The position numbers and the translations under genes are program-made. Shown piece by piece: positions 8,002 through 18,457 of a DNA stretch of 64,000 bases. This DNA is from an uncultured Bacteroidota bacterium (GTDB taxonomy: Bacteria > Bacteroidota > Bacteroidia > UKL13-3), in contig CAIYNF010000114.1 of NCBI GenBank assembly GCA_903927505.1, forward strand, positions 1,152 to 65,151, given 5' to 3'. The notes under the pieces were generated by a model. It was not told where the DNA came from and ran no database searches. It was given only the letters and a program-made list of their open reading frames with translations. Each line of letters opens with the position of its first letter. Position 1 is the first letter of the stretch.

Positions 8002-8838
8002 TTAGTACTCCCAAAGGTCATGTTCTTTCTCAAACAATTCGTTTTTAACACGCTCTCCTTCTAAGATAGCGGCAACTCCATTGTCTTTAAATTCTGCATA
8101 ATCTTTAATATACATATCTTGTTGATTGGCCTCTTTAACCACATAACTGTTGAACAACCTTTGCTCAAACCAATCGTCGTAGGTTAAACGCGCTGCATCA
8201 TTTTGGCGATTGAATATCTCAAAGTTAATTAAGAAATGACGCAAATCAATCCCATCCTTTGAGTGGTATTTAAACACACACAAATCTGCCTCACCTAAAT
8301 CTACACCACCTAAACGCATGTTATAGCGAGGTGAAATAGATACGATACGCACATACATTTGAGAATGTTTTTTATCGAAAATCCAATCTTCCACAATTCT
8401 GAATTTTTGAATACGCAATTCAGGAATCATTGCATTAATGATGGTATCCGTTTCAGTAAATGTAGGATCATTTGGATCAATTGGAACGTCTACATATTCT
8501 GTATCTGTACCTTGGCTCATAAATTTCTCAATAGACATTTGTGATGTCAATGAGTCGTTTTCATAAGGCACTAATTTACCATCTCTAACAGCATTATAAA
8601 GAATAATGCTCAATGGGTTTTTAGGCCAAGCCATAGATTGATTAACCTTCTCACGTGTATCAACGATACGTACTACCCTTTTGGCGTACATTACATCTGC
8701 CTCACGTAAATAAGGCCAAGCAATAACTTTGCGTTCTGTAACTGCCTGGCGGTTGTATATAAAATCATCATATACACCTTGGGCAAAATTGCTATACGAT
8801 AGCAACAGAAGAACAATGATACCAATTGATTTTTTCAT
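8002..8838 (-). CDS. gldN: Gliding motility / T9SS protein GldN (PorN)
   Basis: 278 aa. Signal peptide, then ..WPYLREADVMYAKRVVRIVDTREKVN.., the conserved GldN N-terminal signature. Last gene of the array. Confidence 0.85.
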   Translation of the reverse strand: MKKSIGIIVLLLLSYSNFAQGVYDDFIYNRQAVTERKVIAWPYLREADVMYAKRVVRIVDTREKVNQSMAWPKNPLSIILYNAVRDGKLVPYENDSLTSQMSIEKFMSQGTDTEYVDVPIDPNDPTFTETDTIINAMIPELRIQKFRIVEDWIFDKKHSQMYVRIVSISPRYNMRLGGVDLGEADLCVFKYHSKDGIDLRHFLINFEIFNRQNDAARLTYDDWFEQRLFNSYVVKEANQQDMYIKDYAEFKDNGVAAILEGERVKNELFEKEHDLWEY

Positions 8839-8854
8839 TTTCCTAAGATTCTAA

Positions 8855-10387
8855 TTATTGTCTAACCTCTAATACAAGAGATGAAGGGATAGGCACAGGA
8901 CCCGCAGGACCTTTAGCTTTTATATTCATCAAGATGATACGATCTCCTGGACGGGCATTCATCAAAATTGATTTAGCACCACCAGTTAATTGCTCACCAC
9001 TACCTTGTTCAACTCTAGCACCACCATTTTTGGGTGCATACACTAAATTCCAGCTAATTGGCGTGAACTTCACACCTTCAAAAGCGAAATCTTTCAATGC
9101 AGTTAATACGAAATTTACTGCTTTTAATTGTCCCATTGAAACAGAACCTGATTGCTCAATTGGTCCTAACATTGGAGTAGGCTTAGGTACTTGACGAACG
9201 CGGTAAGTTGCAAATCCCATCGTTTTTCCTTCAACCGAAGCTGAAATTTTAACTTCACGGATCGAACCATCAACGGTTAACAAATATTCACCACCACTTC
9301 CAACTTTTCTTAAATTACCTCCAGAACAAGTTACATCTACTTTGTTAGCAGAGAAACCTGGTACTGACACTGAAATTGGGTTTTCTAAACCAATATAAAC
9401 TACGTTCATTTTGGTTGCAGAAATTACAGCTAAAGGAGCCAAGGCAAAGAAAGAACCTTCTTTTTCATAGGTTTCTTTTTTACCGCTTGAATTGGTTGTA
9501 GTAATAACTGCTTTGAATTTGTTTTCACCTTCTCTACTTGCAGTCACTTCATATTTACCAATTCCACTTTCGCTCTTTAATGCACTACCATTTACTGAGA
9601 TACTCGCTTCAGATCTAGAACTAGATGCAGCTAAAAAGATTTCAGCTTGGTATTTGTTACCAATGGTAATGTTAGTTCCATTTACAGGGATAATTTGAGG
9701 AGTTAACTGGTCAATGATCATTACATTTTCTGTTAATGAACCTCTGAAATAATCCAATACTTGTGATTCAGTGTTTTTGATGTCATTTTGTGTTTTTGAC
9801 AACAAAGCAACTACCGCAGCAAGAGGAGTATGTTCAAACATTTCTGCCTCCCAAGTTTCTTTAGAATCTTTAGGATCTTCAGTACGCAAATCACTTTTAA
9901 TTAATTCTTGCTTTTCTTTAGGCATTAATCCTAATAAAGCATTTCTAATTGCATTGATTTTATCTTTTACTTCTTTACCTTTTCCTTGGTTAATCATTAA
10001 ATTAGCGTGTAATTCAATGTTACTTGGTTGAGCAACCTCTTCTTCAGGGTTACCATCCTTGCGACCATCAGCATTTTTAATCAATAATTCCTTTAATTCA
10101 GTAAAATATTTAACGCCATCATCAGCGATTTTTTTTGCTTCAATTGATTTATTGTATGCAAGTGTTCCTGTTGGGTCGGCAGGGATATCAGTGTGATACC
10201 TAGCTATAGCAGCAAGTGTATTGACATTCTTCTTATCAATATTTTCACCCGCACGATCCATACTTACTTCTACCATGTGGAAGGACTTCAAGATTTCAGC
10301 AGATACGTTTAGCGCTAACAATGCTGTTAACACCAAATACATCATGTTGATCATCTTCTGCCTTACAGATACTTTACCTCCAGCCAT
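8855..10387 (-). CDS. gldM: Gliding motility / T9SS protein GldM (PorM)
   Basis: 510 aa. Canonical start MAGGKVSVRQKMINMMYLVLTALLALNVS (single TM helix) and a long periplasmic region. Confidence 0.9.
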   Translation of the reverse strand: MAGGKVSVRQKMINMMYLVLTALLALNVSAEILKSFHMVEVSMDRAGENIDKKNVNTLAAIARYHTDIPADPTGTLAYNKSIEAKKIADDGVKYFTELKELLIKNADGRKDGNPEEEVAQPSNIELHANLMINQGKGKEVKDKINAIRNALLGLMPKEKQELIKSDLRTEDPKDSKETWEAEMFEHTPLAAVVALLSKTQNDIKNTESQVLDYFRGSLTENVMIIDQLTPQIIPVNGTNITIGNKYQAEIFLAASSSRSEASISVNGSALKSESGIGKYEVTASREGENKFKAVITTTNSSGKKETYEKEGSFFALAPLAVISATKMNVVYIGLENPISVSVPGFSANKVDVTCSGGNLRKVGSGGEYLLTVDGSIREVKISASVEGKTMGFATYRVRQVPKPTPMLGPIEQSGSVSMGQLKAVNFVLTALKDFAFEGVKFTPISWNLVYAPKNGGARVEQGSGEQLTGGAKSILMNARPGDRIILMNIKAKGPAGPVPIPSSLVLEVRQ

Positions 10388-10420
10388 TTGTTATAATATT
10401 GTATTTTCTAAAACTAAGAA

Positions 10421-11215
10421 TTAATTACCACGAACATTCATTGCAGCTAACATGTTACCATATACGCTATTCAATGATGATAGATTTTTGTTTAATTTAT
10501 CCATTTCACCTTTGAAGTGTTCTGCATTGGCGTTGGTATCATTTAATGTGCTAACAACTTTAGATAAGCCACCAACAAATTCGTTGATTCCTTTTAAGTG
10601 GTTATTAGATTCAGCAATTTCTAATTCATAAATTGAATTCAATGAAGCCAAGTTCTTGGTCATTTTTTCAATTTGAGCACCATATTCACGTGAACCTTCA
10701 GATGCATTTACCAGACCTTCCATTGCTGTAACGGCTTTGGTATAAGATGTATTGATTCCAGTTAAAGAATCAGCAGCAGCTTGAACATTTTTAGTGTAAG
10801 TGTCAGTTGCAACTGCAGCTGTTGAAAGATCTTTCATGCTGCTTACGTTTTCGGTTAAGGTACGCATACCATTACCTAAACTATTAATCAAATCTGGACC
10901 AATTTTAGCTTCTTCCATCATTTTATCTAATTGTTGCGTGATGGTACCTTTATTTGAAGATTTTTTATCTTTAGGTTCCATACCAGCTAATTCAGGATAA
11001 ACCAATGTCCAATCTGGTTCTTGGTGAGGTGGTTCAAATGCAGAAACAAAGAAAATAGCAGCTTCAGTTAACAAACCAACCATCAACATTAAATCTGCAC
11101 CCTTCCAATGGAGGATTTTAAAAAGAGCTCCAATAATTACCACTGCTGCACCAATACCATAAGCTTTGGCCATGAAAGACTTGAAGCCTTTACTTTCTAA
11201 AAAACTGTTTTTCAT
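10421..11215 (-). CDS. gldL: Gliding motility / T9SS protein GldL (PorL)
   Basis: 264 aa. Two N-terminal TM helices (..GAAVVIIGALFKILHWKG..LMVGLLTEAAIFFVSAFEP) and a helical cytoplasmic tail. Confidence 0.9.
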   Translation of the reverse strand: MKNSFLESKGFKSFMAKAYGIGAAVVIIGALFKILHWKGADLMLMVGLLTEAAIFFVSAFEPPHQEPDWTLVYPELAGMEPKDKKSSNKGTITQQLDKMMEEAKIGPDLINSLGNGMRTLTENVSSMKDLSTAAVATDTYTKNVQAAADSLTGINTSYTKAVTAMEGLVNASEGSREYGAQIEKMTKNLASLNSIYELEIAESNNHLKGINEFVGGLSKVVSTLNDTNANAEHFKGEMDKLNKNLSSLNSVYGNMLAAMNVRGN

Positions 11216-11269
11216 TTGATTAATAATTTAAATTAGTTGATTGTTTGATTGATTGAATATTTTTTGTGA

Positions 11270-12562
11270 TTACTTTTTGTCTCTGTTTGAACGGCCAACA
11301 TAGCTTTGAACTAAACGAAAACCTGTGTAAGAATTTGCACTATCTTGGTATTCATATGAACGGCTACCATTTTGAATATAATGTGCAATATCTTTCCAAG
11401 AACCGCCTCTGATAACTTTACGTTTCAAAGTTTCTGAATCTTCTTCTTTTGCGTCGTATTGGTAATCTGAATTTAAATCATGTGTAAATAAGTGACCAGA
11501 TTCTGCATAAGCTGTTACAGTCCACTCTGCTACGTTACCACTCATGTCATACAAGCCAAAATCATTAGGGAAATAAGACGCAACACGAATTGGGTAAACA
11601 CCACCATCTGCGCCATAATCGCCACGACCAGGTTTGAAGTTGGCCAATGAACAACCTTTAGCGTTTCTTACATAAGGACCACCCCAAGGGTACATTGTTT
11701 GATCTCTACCTGAACGAGCTGCATATTCCCACTCATATTCGGTTGGCAAACGGAAAGCGGTTACGCCATTTTCGCCATTTTCAGCATAGAATGCATTTAA
11801 GTGGAAAGTTCTCCAATGTGCAAATGCACGTGCTTGTTTCCAATTTACACCAACTACAGGATAGTCGTCATATTTTGGATGCCAATAGTACATAGTAGCG
11901 ATAGGCTCATTATAAGCGTAAGTAAAATCACGCATAAATACCAATGTATCAGGATATATTTCTACAGTCTCTTCACGTTTAAAATCGGCACGGTTTTTCT
12001 TATAAGCATCTTGCTTATGCAATTGAGCCGCTGCACGCAAATCAATATAATCGTATTTGTACTTCAATTTACGCACATCAATTTGCTTGGTGCGGTAGTA
12101 AATTTCATTACCTTGGTAATACATGTCATTGATTTCACCATTTTTCATGTCTTCTGGTTCCATACGCATCTTATAATTGATGGCATGCTCTCCAGTTTCT
12201 TCCTCAGTGATCGGATCAATCAATGGAATCCAATATTTATCTCCCAATTTTTCACGGAAGATTGAGTCCATCACATCATCAACAAATTGACGGTACTCAT
12301 TATTGGTGATTTCGGTTTCATCCATGTAGAAAGCCGTAATGGTGATTTGCTTATTGGGCGCAATCATTGCATTAGGGATGTCTTGCTCATTGGCTCCTAC
12401 GTGTATTGTTCCTGAAGGAATATACACTGTACCATAAGGCTGTGGGTGAAACCAGGCACTTCTACCTTGAATTCCCGTTAATTCTCCTTTGTCGCTGCTC
12501 AAACCACAACCAGTTAAGGTTAGGGCTAAAGAGAAGAAGAAAAACCATTTTAATTGCTTCAT
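11270..12562 (-). CDS. gldK: Gliding motility / T9SS lipoprotein GldK (PorK), FGE-sulfatase fold
   Basis: 430 aa. Lipobox LTLTGCG. SUMF1/FGE-like motifs (..YPVVGVNW..A.AFAHW, MSGNVAEW, RGGSW, GFRLV). Confidence 0.9.
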   Translation of the reverse strand: MKQLKWFFFFSLALTLTGCGLSSDKGELTGIQGRSAWFHPQPYGTVYIPSGTIHVGANEQDIPNAMIAPNKQITITAFYMDETEITNNEYRQFVDDVMDSIFREKLGDKYWIPLIDPITEEETGEHAINYKMRMEPEDMKNGEINDMYYQGNEIYYRTKQIDVRKLKYKYDYIDLRAAAQLHKQDAYKKNRADFKREETVEIYPDTLVFMRDFTYAYNEPIATMYYWHPKYDDYPVVGVNWKQARAFAHWRTFHLNAFYAENGENGVTAFRLPTEYEWEYAARSGRDQTMYPWGGPYVRNAKGCSLANFKPGRGDYGADGGVYPIRVASYFPNDFGLYDMSGNVAEWTVTAYAESGHLFTHDLNSDYQYDAKEEDSETLKRKVIRGGSWKDIAHYIQNGSRSYEYQDSANSYTGFRLVQSYVGRSNRDKK

Positions 12563-12672
12563 CGTATGTAAACTATTAATGACTGTAATGTGGCAAAATT
12601 ATTAATTCGAACTAATAATACAAGTAAAACTTAATTTAATTTGTAAAGATAACGTTAGGTATTGTCTATTTA

Positions 12673-13674
12673 TTACATGAATCGTGGTGTATATCTTGAT
12701 CTTAACACCGGAACTCTTTTCGGAATTGTGACACCAAAGCAGTAACGAAGCATGATTTCATGCGATCCAGAACTGTATTTTATGATGCGAGAAGTGGTTA
12801 AATCATAACTATACCCAACATTTAGGCCAAATGGGAACTGGTAACCTACAAGTAAAACAGCGGCATCCATAGGGCGCCATGTTAAACCTCCTCTTAAATT
12901 TTCGTTCCAAACCAAAAAGCAATTTAAATCTGCCTGAATTTTAGCTGGATCCTTTTTAACAATAAGATTTGGCTGCAATTTCATGGTAGCATTTAACTGG
13001 TATTCACCTCCTGTTACAAAATACATGTGCATCTTGCTGTCTATAATGGTTCGGTTCGGACCAAACTCATAGGTAATTTGGTTTTGATTTAAGTGTGTGG
13101 CAGAAGCACCAGCATAGAAATTATCTAAAATACCAAACAAATTATCTTTTGTGTAATATAAACCAAAATCTACATCTAATGCACTTCCACTTACTGCTAT
13201 ATTAGGGATTTTTGGGTCGTTAGGATCTAAAGCTTTCAATTTGGTGCCATCCAATGTGCGTTGCATATAACCAACACCTACACCTGCTGCTAACACTCCT
13301 CCATCACCAAGCGGATGACGGTAAGATAAGGTTAAACGAGGCATGGTCATTGTTTCAAAACCTAATTCATCACTTACAATGGTTCCACCAATTCCAAAAC
13401 GTTTGCCTAATGCAACATTGATGCTACCCACCAAATTTACTGGGGCTTTGCCTTGTGCTAAACCGTTAACAGTTTGCCCTCCAAAACCCATCCATTGTGT
13501 ACGATGTAGCAAGGTTGCACAGATTTTACCATCTGTTGCACCAGCAAAACCAGCATTGTAAGCCAATTTATTATACATAAACTGACTGTAGTGCGGATCT
13601 TGTTGCGCCTTTATTTCATTGGCACTAACAAGAATTGCTATCCCTAAAAAAACACGTGTAAAGATTGACCTCAT
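12673..13674 (-). CDS. porP: PorP/SprF family T9SS outer-membrane protein
   Basis: 333 aa. Signal peptide then QQDPHYSQFMYNKLAYNAGFAG, the family signature. Lies immediately upstream of gldK, as in the porP-porKLMN arrangement. Confidence 0.85.
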   Translation of the reverse strand: MRSIFTRVFLGIAILVSANEIKAQQDPHYSQFMYNKLAYNAGFAGATDGKICATLLHRTQWMGFGGQTVNGLAQGKAPVNLVGSINVALGKRFGIGGTIVSDELGFETMTMPRLTLSYRHPLGDGGVLAAGVGVGYMQRTLDGTKLKALDPNDPKIPNIAVSGSALDVDFGLYYTKDNLFGILDNFYAGASATHLNQNQITYEFGPNRTIIDSKMHMYFVTGGEYQLNATMKLQPNLIVKKDPAKIQADLNCFLVWNENLRGGLTWRPMDAAVLLVGYQFPFGLNVGYSYDLTTSRIIKYSSGSHEIMLRYCFGVTIPKRVPVLRSRYTPRFM

Positions 13675-13787
13675 TCGCTTTATTTTAAAATAATATCTAG
13701 AAAACGTAATTACGAATATAGAAAATATCTTAAAAAAAAGGAAGTTTGTTGAAAATTAAAGAAAAAATATAGCTTTCTAGACACCTG

Positions 13788-14546
13788 CTAAACCGACTTA
13801 TTGTGGGCTTCGATGTGTTTGTCTACTGCTGTAATCATAGATGGTGAAACCGGAGTTGGCGCCTGTACATTAACCACCAAACTCGCTTCTACCATAGCTT
13901 TGATGGTTGTTGCACCAAATCCAGCAATGAGCGTTTTATTCTGTTTAAACTTAGGGAAATTCTCGTAAAGAGAGCGAATATCGGCCGGACTAAAAAAAGC
14001 AATAATATCGTAATTTACATGAGTTAAATCTGATAAATCTGCCGATTTGATCCTATAAAAGAAAGCTTCTTTGAAATGAAACTTGCTTTTTTTCATGAAT
14101 TTTTCAATGTCTTGTTTGCGCCAATCACTGCAAGGAAATAAATATTTTTCTGTAGGATGATTCTTAAACAATGGAAACAATTCGGTTTCTGTTCCTTTTC
14201 CTGTGAAAATTTTACGCTTTCTTACCTGAATATATTTAGCCAAATAGTTGGCAATACTTTCGTTCACACAAAAGTATTTCATGTCTATAGGAATCTCCAG
14301 TTTTAACTCTGTACACATGCGAAAAAAATTATCGACAGAATTACGCGAATTAAGGATCATCGCTGTGTATTCAAGGATGTTTACCTTTTGTTGCCTAAAT
14401 TCTTTTCCAGAAACTGGTTCCACCTGAATGAATGGACGGAAATCCATTTTCAATTTGTGCTTTTTCTCTAAATCGTACCAGGGCGACTTCTCATTTTCAG
14501 GCCTTGGCTGAGAGATCAGAATACTCTTAATTTTTGCTTTTTTCAA
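13788..14546 (-). CDS. Uroporphyrinogen-III synthase (HemD) family protein
   Basis: 252 aa. ..ILISQPRPENEKSPWYDLEKK.. resembles the HemD-like proteins annotated in Bacteroidota. Assignment is by recall only. Confidence 0.6.
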   Translation of the reverse strand: MKKAKIKSILISQPRPENEKSPWYDLEKKHKLKMDFRPFIQVEPVSGKEFRQQKVNILEYTAMILNSRNSVDNFFRMCTELKLEIPIDMKYFCVNESIANYLAKYIQVRKRKIFTGKGTETELFPLFKNHPTEKYLFPCSDWRKQDIEKFMKKSKFHFKEAFFYRIKSADLSDLTHVNYDIIAFFSPADIRSLYENFPKFKQNKTLIAGFGATTIKAMVEASLVVNVQAPTPVSPSMITAVDKHIEAHNKSV

Positions 14547-14547
14547 T

Positions 14548-15489
14548 CTACCAGCTATTTAAAAACAGTTTGAACAGAACTAACCATGGTAATAATTCCA
14601 AGGCGCAAAGATACAAAAATATGTACAAAAATTGAAACTTCCCTGCTTGTGGCCCCATCATTAAATTCTTAATTTGCCTATAAATTACTGATATTAAGAT
14701 TATTATAAAAATTAAAGCGGATATAATATTACTGGTAAATGGATCGGAAACGAATACAAAAAATAGGTTTAAAAAGACCAAGGCCACTCCCAAAATATTA
14801 TTTACCACAATTGCATTGATGAGTGTAATGGTAGAAAGGCTTGTTAGTTTAAAGATGCCACCAAGTATTAAATTCAATAAAACTTTACCTAAATAAAATA
14901 ATAGTAAAACCAATGAAAATTGCCAAAACAAAAGATAATAATTTTCAGATTCTATCACATGATTTATTTCAAACAAATTGGTTAAAAAGAGTGATAATGA
15001 CAAAATAAAGTTCAAGAATAAGCCCAAATTACTCAAAAAATAATTACCTGATTTATCTGAATATTTGGAAAAATCTGCATGTAAATCAAATGCTGATAAC
15101 AAAATTTCATCAAAGCGTTTCACGTTCATTAAACGGATAAGCGCTAAAAATAAAATGGTGAGGAATAAAATCCAAAATTTCCAATTATCCTTTTGAATTG
15201 GTTTTAGTTGAATGGCCTTTAACCTAGGTAAATCTCTTTCCTGGTCTTGGCTTTTAAATTGTATAGCAATACCATGTATTTGCTCATGAATGAAAAAGAA
15301 TGCCCGCAGCAACTCTTGATGCTTTAAACTATCCAGTAAATTTCGAGGTTCATGCGCTGCAATTGTCAAATTAGTATCGGTTCGAGCCAAAACGGTATCA
15401 AGAACAGGACTTACCTGAATAGTATCTTTGGCACCAACAAGCAAAACTTGGAGCAACAAAATCAATAAAATATAGATCCTTTTGTTCAT
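14548..15489 (-). CDS. Multi-pass membrane protein, DUF4271-like
   Basis: 313 aa. Signal/TM start, then about 6 TM helices. Sits 1 nt from the HemD-like gene, a pairing I recall for DUF4271. Confidence 0.45.
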   Translation of the reverse strand: MNKRIYILLILLLQVLLVGAKDTIQVSPVLDTVLARTDTNLTIAAHEPRNLLDSLKHQELLRAFFFIHEQIHGIAIQFKSQDQERDLPRLKAIQLKPIQKDNWKFWILFLTILFLALIRLMNVKRFDEILLSAFDLHADFSKYSDKSGNYFLSNLGLFLNFILSLSLFLTNLFEINHVIESENYYLLFWQFSLVLLLFYLGKVLLNLILGGIFKLTSLSTITLINAIVVNNILGVALVFLNLFFVFVSDPFTSNIISALIFIIILISVIYRQIKNLMMGPQAGKFQFLYIFLYLCALELLPWLVLFKLFLNSW

Positions 15490-15496
15490 TTATTAA

Positions 15497-17266
15497 TTAA
15501 AAAAAGCTAACAAACCCAAAATGAATTTTCGCACTTTGCACCTCAAGTGAATTTCCTTTTTGACTTCCCATTGCATAATACAAGGAAAATATCCCTGCCC
15601 CAGTTTCAATGTTCATCCCCGCTCCTATTCCCCAGGGTTTATCTGTTACCTGCGGATTATTCACCTCATTTTTATAATAAGCGCCATTCCAAAACACTAA
15701 AAAACTTGAATTTTGTTGAAACAGGTATCTCAATTCTAGGTTTGCAATGATAAACTTATTTGCAAAAATACTTTGTTCATCGAAACCCTTAAGCGTTTTT
15801 AATCCACCAATGCGGAAAAGTTCGTTCAAAAACAGGTTTTCATTTGCTATTATAGCTCCTTTGGCTTGTGTGAGTAATACAAAATGAGAGGCTACTTTTG
15901 TAAACAACATTAAATTACCCTGGCACTTATATTGTAAACTCATTAATTTAACCGAATCATAAATGGCGTATTTATTTCCATTGTTAAGGAGTGCTACTTC
16001 AGAAATACTGGCGTTTTTCACTATTTGTTTTGTACCGGCGCCTGCTTCTAATTCTATTAAATAACCCTTTTGAGGATTAAAAAAATAATCCAATGTAGCT
16101 TTTCGAATGGCCAATCCATAAATATTATTTTTAACATCATTTACCAATGGTAATTTTTTATTTAATGCAACAAAATGGGTGTCGGGATTGAGCACCTGAA
16201 CGGATTGCAATTGCAAGTAAATTTTAATGTAATTATTTCCTGTAAACCTATATTGAAGACCAATATCATTGTATAATTCGAGCCAAGTAGTATCAAACTT
16301 CATGAGTTTAAAAGCATAATCTATTCCCAATTTTGAATTTAGAAAATAGGGCCAATTCATTTTTAGTTGTAAATCTTGGCTATTGTTTAAAAAGCCACGG
16401 TAAGCCAATTCAAAGTTTTTTCCCGAGCCTAAGATATTTACTAATTTTAGGTTTAAATCACCCGTTAAAACTAATTTATTATTGATGCTGCTATTTGGTG
16501 CAAACCCAATAACACCATCAAAACTAGAGGCTTTGCGCTTATTGATGTATACATAAGGTTTTGCCTTATTCCCATAAAAGTATACCCCTAAAGGTTGCGC
16601 AACTTGTAGGTATGCCAATTCGCTTAATCTGGCGTCTAAATTCTTTAGTAACTCTTCTTGGTAGGGTGCACCAGGTTTGATATTGGCGTAATTTTGCAAA
16701 AAGATTTTTTGAATATTTGCAGTACCCCCAAAATCAATGCTGTCAAAAAACACCAATTGGTTCTTCTGCAAATTGATTGCTGCACGCATACCATTTGAAT
16801 CTGCTTCAAGGCTATCGAGTGTGACAGTTGCAAAAGGAAAACCGTTGTTTTCGGCATGAATGATTAATTGGTTTAGTGCAATAAAAAGTTGTTTGGGATT
16901 TATTAAATTAGGCTTATTGGAAACAAAATTAAAATTGGCAATATGCTGCCATTCTTGGGGAACATTCCCCATTCTTAATTCCTTTAATTCAAAAGCAGGC
17001 CCGGTTCGAACCGAAATAAATACGGTATCATTTTGCCAAATTTCATTTTGTATAAAAGCACTTAAGAAGGCAGATTGGTAGCATTTGAGCAGGATTTCAT
17101 TGTTATTTCTTTTAACAAATAAACTATCCCCTTTGAATGAATTGTTGAGCTGTTTTTCAAGCAGGAGGTTTTTGGGTTCGACCCGACAAATTGGGGTATA
17201 CAGCTTTTGGGCCTGCGCAAAAATTGCTAGTCCGAACAAAACAAATATGAGGCTGTATCTTTTCAA
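15497..17266 (-). CDS. Omp85/BamA-TamA family outer-membrane protein
   Basis: 589 aa. Signal peptide MKRYSLIFVLFGLAIFAQA, a POTRA-like N-terminal part, and a C-terminal barrel ending ..IHFGFVSFF. Confidence 0.6.
   Translation of the reverse strand: MKRYSLIFVLFGLAIFAQAQKLYTPICRVEPKNLLLEKQLNNSFKGDSLFVKRNNNEILLKCYQSAFLSAFIQNEIWQNDTVFISVRTGPAFELKELRMGNVPQEWQHIANFNFVSNKPNLINPKQLFIALNQLIIHAENNGFPFATVTLDSLEADSNGMRAAINLQKNQLVFFDSIDFGGTANIQKIFLQNYANIKPGAPYQEELLKNLDARLSELAYLQVAQPLGVYFYGNKAKPYVYINKRKASSFDGVIGFAPNSSINNKLVLTGDLNLKLVNILGSGKNFELAYRGFLNNSQDLQLKMNWPYFLNSKLGIDYAFKLMKFDTTWLELYNDIGLQYRFTGNNYIKIYLQLQSVQVLNPDTHFVALNKKLPLVNDVKNNIYGLAIRKATLDYFFNPQKGYLIELEAGAGTKQIVKNASISEVALLNNGNKYAIYDSVKLMSLQYKCQGNLMLFTKVASHFVLLTQAKGAIIANENLFLNELFRIGGLKTLKGFDEQSIFANKFIIANLELRYLFQQNSSFLVFWNGAYYKNEVNNPQVTDKPWGIGAGMNIETGAGIFSLYYAMGSQKGNSLEVQSAKIHFGFVSFF
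17003..17012. repeat. GGTTCGAACC iterated palindrome, copy 3 (inside the Omp85-like CDS; read V-R-T)
   Basis: Exact 10-mer. The 12-mer CGGTTCGAACCG is complete, and GGTTCGAACCGAAA is the reverse complement of the shared 14-mer. Confidence 0.9.
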
Positions 17267-17323
17267 ATATTATTGAAACGTTTTGGAAACTCAAACATTG
17301 CAGGCGTAATTCGCAGGAAACCT

Positions 17324-18457
17324 ATGGCTGGCATTTATATACATATTCCGTTTTGTAAACAAGCATGTTACTATTGCAATTTTCACTTTAGTACGCTCCT
17401 CTCCTACAAAGAAAAGCTTGTGGCAGCAATTGCAAAAGAATTATTTTTAAGAAAAGACAGTTTAGCTGGAGAAACAATTGACAGTATATATTTTGGAGGA
17501 GGTACTCCTAGCCTATTGAGTGAAAAGGAATTCTATGCCATTTATGAGGCAATCCTAAAAAATTACGACACCTCAAGCTTAAAAGAATTTACGTTTGAAG
17601 CAAATCCTGATGATTTATCGGATACATTTTTAAATTGGCTAAAAAACACAGCCGTTGACAGGTTGAGTATAGGCATACAAAGTTTTGAGGATGTTCATTT
17701 AAAATTTATGAACAGGGCGCATACGGCTAAAGAAGCTTATGAAAGTGTGCAAAAGGCAAAACAAATTGGCATCAACCGAATTAGCATAGATTTAATTTAT
17801 GGCATTCCAGGAATGGAAATGCAAACATGGGAAAGCAATTTAACCAATGCTTTTTCATTGGAAATTGATCATTTATCGAGCTATTGTTTAACGCTAGAGC
17901 CCAATACTGTTTTTGGCAAATTGGCTAAAAAAGATAAAATGATTTTGCCTTTAGAAGAAAACAGTTCTAGCCAATTTGAAAGACTTCAAAACTTGAGCGA
18001 AGCAGCTGGATTTGTACAATATGAGATTTCTAATTTTGGAAAACCAAATGCCTTTGCCATACACAATACCAATTATTGGAACGGCGCATCCTACTTGGGA
18101 GTTGGACCAGGCGCACATAGCTTTTTCCCCGGGCAACGCATGTGGAATATTAGCAATAACCAACACTATATGCGTAGTTTGGAAAAGGATGAATTGCCAT
18201 TAGAAACTGAATCATTGAGCTTGGCAGATCAATTTAATGAATATGTAATGACAGGCTTAAGAACCATGTGGGGGATAGACCTTGCCTTCATTGAAAACAA
18301 TTTTGGACATGATTATTCCAATCAAATACGAAAGGATTTAGAAAAGCATCTTGCTTCCGGTAAGTTGATTGCCAAAGAAAATAAATGGGTACTGAGTAAG
18401 GAAGGAAAATTCTTTGCTGATGGCATTGCCTCCGATGCCTTTGTAATAAACCCTTAA
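17324..18457 (+). CDS. hemW: Radical SAM heme chaperone HemW (HemN-like coproporphyrinogen III oxidase family)
   Basis: MAGIYIHIPFCKQACYYCNF (CxxxCxxC), GGGTPS, and a HemN_C-like tail. ATG at 17324 is preferred over the TTG at 17273. Confidence 0.85.
   Translation: MAGIYIHIPFCKQACYYCNFHFSTLLSYKEKLVAAIAKELFLRKDSLAGETIDSIYFGGGTPSLLSEKEFYAIYEAILKNYDTSSLKEFTFEANPDDLSDTFLNWLKNTAVDRLSIGIQSFEDVHLKFMNRAHTAKEAYESVQKAKQIGINRISIDLIYGIPGMEMQTWESNLTNAFSLEIDHLSSYCLTLEPNTVFGKLAKKDKMILPLEENSSSQFERLQNLSEAAGFVQYEISNFGKPNAFAIHNTNYWNGASYLGVGPGAHSFFPGQRMWNISNNQHYMRSLEKDELPLETESLSLADQFNEYVMTGLRTMWGIDLAFIENNFGHDYSNQIRKDLEKHLASGKLIAKENKWVLSKEGKFFADGIASDAFVINP

Noticed and set aside
11801-12265. Long antisense ORFs inside well-supported genes: 154 aa in gldK, and similar ones at 21274..21675, 30518..31357, 38496..38873, 42986..43438 and 48301..48717.
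   Set aside because: They lie opposite strongly conserved CDSs, have no recognisable family or signals, and have shadow-frame composition. Such ORFs are expected by chance.
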